A DNA stretch of 44,764 nt from a virus (lineage: Duplodnaviria > Caudoviricetes): IMG/VR virus record IMGVR_UViG_3300025267_000026, positions 1 through 44,764 of that record; one strand, given 5' to 3'. Shown piece by piece: positions 35,488 to 42,833 of the stretch. The position numbers and the translations under genes are program-made. Positions within the stretch are counted from its first letter, which is position 1. Each line of letters starts with the position of its first letter. A model generated the notes under the pieces. That model was not told the origin of the DNA. It did not search any database and worked only from the letters and a program-made list of their open reading frames with translations.

Positions 35488-37746
35488 ATGACTACTCCAT
35501 TTGAAGTTGCTAATAAGATTGATAATTTTGCGGTAGAAGTATCTATCGCAGATATTTCTTTACTTACTAATGGCTTATTGCAATTACAGCATGCTAGATA
35601 TCCTCATTTAGTTCCTATGTATAGAACTGTTCATCGAACTAAACCTCGTGCAATGGTACTTCGTGCTATTCGTTGGGTTAATCCTAAACGAATGTTTCCT
35701 GGGGCTGGCAAAACTAGAGCTGAAATGGAAGGTATGTCTAGTGATGACTTAGAAAAGTTAATCGTTGATTTAAATGAGTATCGTGGTGAAGCCCACGTTA
35801 TTCACAATCGTTACAATCAGATGATTGATTTAATTAATATGGGTGAGCTTCCCTATTTCATTCCATATGCAGGGTTTAAACAAGATAAATGGAACATGCT
35901 GGCAGATTATATGGATCGTGCGCAGCGTTTGAAAGATGGTACTGAACAATGGGAGCAGGTTCTTGACCGACAGGCATTGGAAATTCGTAATATTTTATTA
36001 AAACGTGATGGTGCTGATAAACGCCGTTTAGATGATATTAAAGGATTATGGGTAGATGCTAAAGGTCAGCCAGCGGCTCCAAACTTCATGGATATTAAGA
36101 AGGGTAAAGAAAAGAAAATTGCCCTACGAGCGAATCGTATTTCCGCTGATGGTAAACGTGTTAAGCACAGACAAAAGATTTATGTACGTAAATTTATTGC
36201 AGTAGCTCCACAAGAACACAGAAGGGGTGAACAGATACGATTACCTGCAGGAGGTAATGTTCGCCGTCCTGGTAGGAATAATCCTGTTGCACGTAAAATA
36301 TTTGATGAGCATGGTGGGGCAGCGGAGCATCTGGTGCGTATGCCCAGAGGTTGGGCGCAGGGTACGAACAACCCTGAATTACGTGAAAAAGGGAATATGA
36401 TTACTATGCCTGCTGGTCGTAAGGATCCAAGGATTCTAACATTTGAGGAATTAGATTTTGATGATGTAGCTAATCGTAGAAAAGCTCGCTGGACACAGCC
36501 AGACCCATTAGGTAAGCGTGGTGTTGTTCCTCATCGAGGCGCAGCGTCACAAGACGGACATCCAACTGAGGATCAACGTAGATTTCCGCGTCCTGATATT
36601 GGCATAAGAGAAGCCAAACGACAGGAAAATCGTGCGGCAGAGATTCGTCGTCAGCAAATGGAAGTGGAGGCGCGTCAACGACAACGGCAGGAGAATATTA
36701 TTCGTCCCCTTTCTACCCAAATAGAACAAGCTAAACAGATTAATAAAGAATTTATGGATGCCGCTAATCAGTTATGGAATCAATACAATGTTGATTTAAC
36801 TCATCTGAATGAGATGAAAAATATTAAACCGGAAGATGTTGAGAGCGTTAATCGGTTAGGGGGTGGTATTAACGCAGGGGATGGTGTGGTTTTAGCACTG
36901 ACATTAAAGAATAATGCTCAATATGTCTATAAATTGGTTGCGAATGAACAAAAATCTGAACAAATAAATTCTGTTATCGATAAAATATTTGGTTTAAACA
37001 TAAATGCTGATACGATTCAATTTAATAATATCGATGCGGATGCCTTAAAAAGGTTAGGAGTAACAACGAATAGAGATGTATTACAAAGTGCAATAGATTT
37101 CGGTGGTGGACATCTTCAAGAATTTTGTGAGCCTAATTGTCTGGAAGCGAGGGACGCTCATCGGCAACGTGGGCTAGACTTATATAATAGTGATGCATAT
37201 CGTGGCGATTTGCATAGAATGTTTATTAGTGATTGGTTATCGGGTAACTGGGATCGTCATGAAAAAAACTGGATGGTTACTGCCAATAATCGAGCCGTAC
37301 AAATAGATTCTGGTTTTGGTTATGGTTTTGCGAAAGTTGGGGGAATTACAAAAGATGTTGTTAGACCTCCCATAACGAATCGTGGAACTTTATTCAATAC
37401 CGATTCTTCACGAGGTGGGGCCGATAATCGCAGACAGCATCAACCTTATGCAAAGCATTTGCCGGGAAACTCGACTGCGGAAAGGCGGATGAATGTTCAG
37501 CAAGAACTGGAAGCGGTATTTGATTATCATGTTTCAACCGAGAAAATTGATGCTTTACAAAAAGCTTTTGGTATGCAAAATAATTTAGAAGGCTCTTCTA
37601 TTGAAGAATATAAAAAAGATTTTATGAAAAAAGCTGGAAGAGTATGGGGTATGACTTTTGATGAGCCTCGTCCTATTGGTGAAGTACAGGTTGATTATGT
37701 AAAGAACTTATTAGGGAACATATCAAGCGGTGACGACACGAATTAA
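35488..37746 (+). CDS. Arg-rich protein with C-terminal HipA/PI3-4-kinase-like domain
   Basis: LGGGIN..YVYKL..E..GGHLQEFC..NCLE..DWLSGNWDRHEKNWM..QIDSG, paralogous to the kinase in 18088..21618. RBS GAGG. Confidence 0.75.
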   Translation: MTTPFEVANKIDNFAVEVSIADISLLTNGLLQLQHARYPHLVPMYRTVHRTKPRAMVLRAIRWVNPKRMFPGAGKTRAEMEGMSSDDLEKLIVDLNEYRGEAHVIHNRYNQMIDLINMGELPYFIPYAGFKQDKWNMLADYMDRAQRLKDGTEQWEQVLDRQALEIRNILLKRDGADKRRLDDIKGLWVDAKGQPAAPNFMDIKKGKEKKIALRANRISADGKRVKHRQKIYVRKFIAVAPQEHRRGEQIRLPAGGNVRRPGRNNPVARKIFDEHGGAAEHLVRMPRGWAQGTNNPELREKGNMITMPAGRKDPRILTFEELDFDDVANRRKARWTQPDPLGKRGVVPHRGAASQDGHPTEDQRRFPRPDIGIREAKRQENRAAEIRRQQMEVEARQRQRQENIIRPLSTQIEQAKQINKEFMDAANQLWNQYNVDLTHLNEMKNIKPEDVESVNRLGGGINAGDGVVLALTLKNNAQYVYKLVANEQKSEQINSVIDKIFGLNINADTIQFNNIDADALKRLGVTTNRDVLQSAIDFGGGHLQEFCEPNCLEARDAHRQRGLDLYNSDAYRGDLHRMFISDWLSGNWDRHEKNWMVTANNRAVQIDSGFGYGFAKVGGITKDVVRPPITNRGTLFNTDSSRGGADNRRQHQPYAKHLPGNSTAERRMNVQQELEAVFDYHVSTEKIDALQKAFGMQNNLEGSSIEEYKKDFMKKAGRVWGMTFDEPRPIGEVQVDYVKNLLGNISSGDDTN

Positions 37747-37783
37747 TTAACTATTTACTTCGATAGTTAATTTATGGTATACT
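37745..37783 (+). promoter_or_regulatory. Sigma70-type promoter overlapped by an inverted repeat
   Basis: TTTACT(37754)-N18-TATACT with TGn. Inverted repeat AATTAACTAT-N8-ATAGTTAATT (37745-37772). Confidence 0.55.
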
Positions 37784-37812
37784 ACAGGTGTAGTATAGTT
37801 AAGGAGATAATC

Positions 37813-38109
37813 ATGGCAAATGATATTTTTGTTTTAGTAACTCCCGATTTTGCTAATGCGGGAGTTGCCAAAGACATACAAGGAGTAGTTCTACCTAGTA
37901 AAAAAACTCTTGGTAGGGATAAAGATTTTCTAAAAATACAAGTAGATGAAGCACAACAATATTGGCAAGAGGATGGCAATTCAGGAGATATACCCACTGA
38001 TGTTCTTTATCGTTATTTATCACAGATGAATATGAGTGCATATCGTGCTGGATGGGTACTTCCTGTTGATGAAGCTAGAGAATTAGTTAAGAAAAGTGGG
38101 GGTCTATAA
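37813..38109 (+). CDS. Small protein resembling the N-terminal domain of the topoisomerase IB fusion (candidate kinase partner)
   Basis: Start reassigned to ATG 37813 after AAGGAG. VVLPSKKTLGRDKDFL resembles VVLSNRRIFGTNKDLV, and YRAGWVLPVDE resembles YQASIIPLSD. Confidence 0.65.
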   Translation: MANDIFVLVTPDFANAGVAKDIQGVVLPSKKTLGRDKDFLKIQVDEAQQYWQEDGNSGDIPTDVLYRYLSQMNMSAYRAGWVLPVDEARELVKKSGGL

Positions 38110-38522
38110 TGACTGATGAATTATTGATTAAAGCTGAAGAAGCTAACGATGAGGACGAAAAGGATGAAGATCAATATCCTGAAATGTGGTTTATTACGGA
38201 TGGGGTAGGTACTCATTTAGGAATGATTGCTGAGAATGCTACCGGCAACTTCCATGCTCAACTTACTAAAAATGAGCGCAATGAGTATTTTGAAGAGATG
38301 TTTACATTTCTTCGTCCGTTAGGTTCTGATGCCAAGGAACTATCACATAGTGCGGTCATAATCGATGTAGATAAAGAAGAAGCTTTAGATGCTGTGACTG
38401 GAGCGGGGTTTATAGCACGAAAGGCCACAGACACAGATCACCAAGAAATCATTCGTGAATTAGATAAATTGCAGACGATTAAAGGCGGGGAAAGTAAACG
38501 CTATTCTCGTGCTAAATCGTAA
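38109..38522 (+). CDS. Hypothetical acidic protein (137 aa)
   Basis: TAATG-coupled. Begins MTDELLIKAEE. Confidence 0.7.
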   Translation: MTDELLIKAEEANDEDEKDEDQYPEMWFITDGVGTHLGMIAENATGNFHAQLTKNERNEYFEEMFTFLRPLGSDAKELSHSAVIIDVDKEEALDAVTGAGFIARKATDTDHQEIIRELDKLQTIKGGESKRYSRAKS

Positions 38523-38533
38523 TAGGAAGTTGT

Positions 38534-38689
38534 ATGTTAGATAAGATTCGCCCACAAGCGTTTCTAGCCGTAGTGATTTTAGGTGCAGTGGCTGGGTATG
38601 CTATGTTCATGAGTCAAAATGAGATAGCAGCGGGAGCTACTGGTGGTATTATCGTATTAGTCAAAGACATTATTCAAACGGATAAGTAA
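38534..38689 (+). CDS. Small membrane protein (51 aa, not in ORF track)
   Basis: MLDKIRPQAFLAVVILGAVAGYAMFMSQNEIAAGATGGIIVLVKDIIQTDK. RBS AGGA. Fills the gap. Confidence 0.65.
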   Translation: MLDKIRPQAFLAVVILGAVAGYAMFMSQNEIAAGATGGIIVLVKDIIQTDK

Positions 38690-38699
38690 ATTAAATTAG

Positions 38700-40235
38700 A
38701 TGCAATCAGTTGATCGTACATTATTAAAACTGGATTACTTCCTTGTTAAACACGAGGAAGTAAAGCCAGGATATGATCGTCCTGAAGCAGCCGATGATCC
38801 ACGGGCTGCAACGCACCAAGTAGAAGAAAAGGCACCAGGTGAAAAGAATTTACCTGAACTTCCTACTGGTAAGGTAAGGACGAAGATATATGAACTTGTC
38901 CATCGTGGCGGACGTACCTTTGAACGGGCTAGAACAGCGTGGGTTAATCCTAAAGTTGCGGAACATTTAGACCAACGTAAAAAAGCTACAGATTGGATTA
39001 GGACGTTAGGGAATTATCTTCCTATTTATTTTGTAGGTGGGTATGTTAGAGATAAATTCTTTAAGAAAGTATCTAAAGATTTAGATTTAGTTGCGACTGT
39101 TGATTTAGAACAAGCTAAGAAAATCTTAACGCAGCTAAATATTCAATTCAAAGAGAAAAATAATTCTCATGCTCGCATATCTTTTATGGTAGGAGGAATT
39201 CGGGTTGATTTAATATCAACTACTGGCGAGGAGTTACTTAATAACCTTAGAAGTAGGGATTTTACTATTAATGCTATCGCTCAATCTGTAACTGGTCAGT
39301 TTTATGACCCGACAAGAGGATTAGAAGACGTAAAACAGAAATGGTTACGCTCTCCGAATAATGATAGTGTTAAAGCTTTTGAATCCGATCCTATACGTAT
39401 CTTACGTGCTGCGCGATTTTTAGCTGATTATCCACTAAAACCTCATCCTACTGTTCTATCAGCTATTAAAAAGACTAAAGATAAGTTAGGTCAGAAGAAA
39501 AAACGGCGCATCGGCTATGAATTAGTTAAGATAATGCAAACCGCAAAGCCGTGGGTAGCTATGAAATTCTTATCTGATCATGATTTGGTACAATATATTT
39601 GTTCAGATTTAAATAAAATGATTGGATTTAAACAACGTGGGCCAACACACAAGAAAGATGTGTGGGGACATACACTAGAAGCGATGAAAAATGCGAATAG
39701 TGATGATGTTGTATTAAATTTATCAATACTATTTCATGATGTAGGTAAACCACAAACTGCTACTGATAATCAAAAATCATTTCCTGGGCATGATAAAAAG
39801 GGAGCCGTAATAGTTAAATCTACTCTTACGAAATTAGGAATTCCTAAAAATATAATTAAACGTGTAACTAATATGGTAGAAAATCATCTTTTTATCAGTA
39901 AAGTAGGAACTAACGGACAGCCTGAAGAGTATCGTAAGTTAGCCTTAACTTTAGGCGCAGATGTTAATAGATTCTTTAAATTAGTAGAGGCAGACACTGC
40001 GGCACATAAGACAGATGATTTTGATCTTGAATTAGCTGATAAAGTTAAAGCGTTAGTTACCAAGGTTAAAGGTACGCCGCCGGTGGTAGCAGATACAAAA
40101 GATGATGCTGAATTAGAAAAATCTATTGATATAGAACAGATATTAATTGAAGATTCGTTGAACATTCTGTTAGGGCATGATGTAGGCTTAATGGATATCG
40201 ATTATATGTTGGAATTGGTGGATGTGAATGGGTAG
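38700..40235 (+). CDS. cca: Class II tRNA nucleotidyltransferase (CCA/CC-adding-like) with HD domain and ~95 aa N-terminal extension
   Basis: YFVGGYVRD..KDLDL, RSRDFTINAIA, DPTRGLED, DPIRILRAARF. HD domain VWGHT..LFHDVGKP..GHD..NHL..AD. Confidence 0.9.
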   Translation: MQSVDRTLLKLDYFLVKHEEVKPGYDRPEAADDPRAATHQVEEKAPGEKNLPELPTGKVRTKIYELVHRGGRTFERARTAWVNPKVAEHLDQRKKATDWIRTLGNYLPIYFVGGYVRDKFFKKVSKDLDLVATVDLEQAKKILTQLNIQFKEKNNSHARISFMVGGIRVDLISTTGEELLNNLRSRDFTINAIAQSVTGQFYDPTRGLEDVKQKWLRSPNNDSVKAFESDPIRILRAARFLADYPLKPHPTVLSAIKKTKDKLGQKKKRRIGYELVKIMQTAKPWVAMKFLSDHDLVQYICSDLNKMIGFKQRGPTHKKDVWGHTLEAMKNANSDDVVLNLSILFHDVGKPQTATDNQKSFPGHDKKGAVIVKSTLTKLGIPKNIIKRVTNMVENHLFISKVGTNGQPEEYRKLALTLGADVNRFFKLVEADTAAHKTDDFDLELADKVKALVTKVKGTPPVVADTKDDAELEKSIDIEQILIEDSLNILLGHDVGLMDIDYMLELVDVNG

Positions 40236-40605
40236 GGCAGGGCGTCCTAAATTATTACAAAAAGACGGCCATCATCGACATGATGGCTATAGTCGTTGGC
40301 ATGCGATAGATCAGGTTCATCGTCCTGATTTACATATGGATTTGCAAAAATCTGATGTACTTGATGTGAGTATTGGCTATAATTCTGGACCTGCATCGGA
40401 TCTTTATAATTTAATATTAAGTTTAGAAAAGATGGAGTATGGTAAAGCTCTATTATTTGAACTTCAAAATACTATTCAAACTTTAATACAGAATAGGAAA
40501 TTACAGGAAGAGTCCCGTCCCAAGCGGGAAGATCGAAATGAACAGTCCGCAATCGGCGGTGAAGATGCTGAAGATAGAGAACCCAATACATATGGATTAC
40601 CGTAA
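40228..40605 (+). CDS. Hypothetical protein with His-rich N-terminal motif
   Basis: GHHRHDGYSRWHAIDQVH. Overlaps the cca stop codon. Confidence 0.65.
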   Translation: MGRAGRPKLLQKDGHHRHDGYSRWHAIDQVHRPDLHMDLQKSDVLDVSIGYNSGPASDLYNLILSLEKMEYGKALLFELQNTIQTLIQNRKLQEESRPKREDRNEQSAIGGEDAEDREPNTYGLP

Positions 40606-40720
40606 TGAAACTTTGTTAGATAGCCATAATATCTAATATCTAATAGTAAATGTAGGACGTATGGTGTATATGGTAACTAGACTTATCATAAAAAAATAGA
40701 TAAAATAAGTCTAGGTTAAA

Positions 40721-41167
40721 ATGGTAAGGAGAAAGGTTATGGTATCGAATGATGAGATCCAGGATGAGGTAATCGTACAAGATGCGACAACAGGTCCAGG
40801 CTGTGTAGAGACTTCTACACTCTATGTTCCCGTTACGGATGATACTAAACGGAGGCGGGGTCGCCCTGCCGGTTCGACTAGTAAAGCTAATGGAGAGGTA
40901 GCTGAACTTAGAAAAGAACTTGAGATACTTAAAAATAAAATAGCTACTCTTGATTCGGGCACAACTAATGGTCAAGTTGATCATAGTGCGGATGAATTTC
41001 TGGCAAAGCTGGACTTACGAGTTAGTATCCTCCAACAATGGGTAGAAATGTTTCACATGTTCTTAACGACTAACCGTATCACCAACTCAGCCGATAAGAT
41101 GGCGGAAGATGAGTTAACTATTGTTGTCTCTAAATTCCCCGAACAGAATCATCCTCTATTTATATAA
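40721..41167 (+). CDS. AT-hook plus coiled-coil protein
   Basis: KRRRGRPAGS followed by heptads. The start may be ATG 40739 after AGGAG. Confidence 0.6.
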   Translation: MVRRKVMVSNDEIQDEVIVQDATTGPGCVETSTLYVPVTDDTKRRRGRPAGSTSKANGEVAELRKELEILKNKIATLDSGTTNGQVDHSADEFLAKLDLRVSILQQWVEMFHMFLTTNRITNSADKMAEDELTIVVSKFPEQNHPLFI

Positions 41168-41170
41168 TAG

Positions 41171-41605
41171 GTGAGTATGCCGAAGCCCACTAAACGGCAT
41201 ACTACCGCAAGTAAACCTAGAAAGAAACGATCGATAACTAAATCAGCGGCTTTCTGGGGCAGATTATCCCGACAAGAGCCAAACAATGCGGAAATGACTC
41301 TATTCGGGATAATGTGTTATTTGGGGTTACCGTATAAATATACAGGTAATGGGCAATTTATTTTAAGTGGTATGTGTCCAGATTTTGTACATCTGAATAA
41401 TCGTAAAATTGTTGAAATGTATGGAGAACGATGGCATCTCCCGCAAGAAGAACAGGAACGAATAGAACTTTTTGCTCGAAGTGATTATCAGACCCTTATA
41501 ATTTGGCATAAGGAATTGACTCCGAAGAAGGATAGTAGAAAAAAGTTGTACAAACGTTTGTTAGAGTTTGAAGCATTGCCTGATGTTAGATCAACTTCTT
41601 CGTAG
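41171..41605 (+). CDS. Vsr/DUF559-like endonuclease
   Basis: PNNAE..CPDFV..IVEMYGERWH..TLIIW. Basic N-terminus. Confidence 0.75.
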   Translation: MSMPKPTKRHTTASKPRKKRSITKSAAFWGRLSRQEPNNAEMTLFGIMCYLGLPYKYTGNGQFILSGMCPDFVHLNNRKIVEMYGERWHLPQEEQERIELFARSDYQTLIIWHKELTPKKDSRKKLYKRLLEFEALPDVRSTSS

Positions 41606-41771
41606 GCATCCGTGTCATAAATGTCGGGGATTTATACAAGTAGATTATGGTAGACTACCAGATAATACTTATGAAATTTATTGTCTGAACTGTGGAAATC
41701 GTTCATTTCCGACGGAATTAGTTGTAACCGTGAATATGTTAATAACATTAAAGAGAGCTAAAATCACATGA
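41583..41771 (+). CDS. Small zinc-ribbon protein
   Basis: CHKCRG..YCLNCGNR. ATG 41583 chosen within track ORF 41568..41771. Confidence 0.6.
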   Translation: MLDQLLRRHPCHKCRGFIQVDYGRLPDNTYEIYCLNCGNRSFPTELVVTVNMLITLKRAKIT

Positions 41772-42190
41772 ATCCCGAAATACTATCAATTATTGGAGCA
41801 ATTTCTGGGATTTTAGCTGTTGCCGGAATTGTATATGGTTTTGGTGTTAAATTTTCACGGCTAGAAACTAAAGTTACATTGATTTGGAGTGTTTTTGTAG
41901 AAGATTCTTTACGTCATCAAGTTAAATTAGGAATGTTAGCTCATCATTCTCCTTATCAACGAACTGAGATGAGCAATCATCTAGGAGAATTAGTTCCATC
42001 TAGTACTATTTCTAAACTTATACGAAAACATATTACTAGTGATGATGTGTTAACGTCTGCTCTTATTAAAGAAATGGGCTATCCGGCGGTAGTTGAAGAA
42101 AGTAGAAAACTGAACATCGATGTACAAGAATTTTTAGCACTTAGTGTAGGTACGATACGTGATATAGAATCCCAGCAAAATGACGGATAA
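41768..42190 (+). CDS. Membrane-anchored protein (one N-terminal TM helix)
   Basis: ILSIIGAISGILAVAGIVYGFGV followed by a soluble domain. Confidence 0.65.
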   Translation: MNPEILSIIGAISGILAVAGIVYGFGVKFSRLETKVTLIWSVFVEDSLRHQVKLGMLAHHSPYQRTEMSNHLGELVPSSTISKLIRKHITSDDVLTSALIKEMGYPAVVEESRKLNIDVQEFLALSVGTIRDIESQQNDG

Positions 42191-42419
42191 TGGGACTTTC
42201 GATGATAACAATACTTCAATGGGAGGTTTAGTTTTAGATTGTTCCATCTGTCACAGATTAATGATTTACCCCAGTCACCGTGAAGAATGTGTAAAAGATT
42301 GGAATCGACATGGGCGGATGTGCCTAAAGTGCATCATTCAATATAAATATACCGATTTAGGATTAGACGGTTATATTTTAGAAGCACAGGTATCTGCCAA
42401 ATTGTTTAGTACTATTTAA
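42180..42419 (+). CDS. Small zinc-finger protein
   Basis: CSIC..CLKC. Confidence 0.55.
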   Translation: MTDNGTFDDNNTSMGGLVLDCSICHRLMIYPSHREECVKDWNRHGRMCLKCIIQYKYTDLGLDGYILEAQVSAKLFSTI

Positions 42420-42498
42420 GGGATACTCATGAACAGAGATATTCGGACACCACGTGTATTGTGGGATGCAGAATATGCCACTAAACTATGGAGATATA

Positions 42499-42789
42499 AT
42501 GGGACGTAAAACTATTCTTAAACAGCTTGTTGATATTGTTTTGATGTTGAAACAATTTTCAGAAGAAGGCGATACAGCAGGCATAAAACGACCTAGTAAA
42601 TATTATGATGAGGATAGAGGAGTTAGTGTACCAACTGGTGATGAAACTCCTCTACGTCCTTCACCATTATTTCCCAACGTGGGTACAAAAAACTATGCAC
42701 CTGCGTCTACATCAGCAGACCATACGGTTCGTCGTCAAGCACAGCGAAAACGTACTAGTAAACCGGAAAACAGAATTCCCAGAGGATAA
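42499..42789 (+). CDS. Hypothetical basic protein
   Basis: Start reassigned to ATG 42499 after GGAG. Amphipathic N-terminal helix ending MLKQ, then a P/R/S-rich tail. Confidence 0.55.
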   Translation: MGRKTILKQLVDIVLMLKQFSEEGDTAGIKRPSKYYDEDRGVSVPTGDETPLRPSPLFPNVGTKNYAPASTSADHTVRRQAQRKRTSKPENRIPRG

Positions 42790-42833
42790 AATTCCGAAAG
42801 GTGCTGTGTGTGAAGATTGTGGTGGAGATTTAC

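Noticed and set aside
1085-40984. Numerous short minus-strand and alternate-frame ORFs in the track
   Set aside because: Nearly all are shadows of long, motif-supported + strand genes and have no recognisable motifs.
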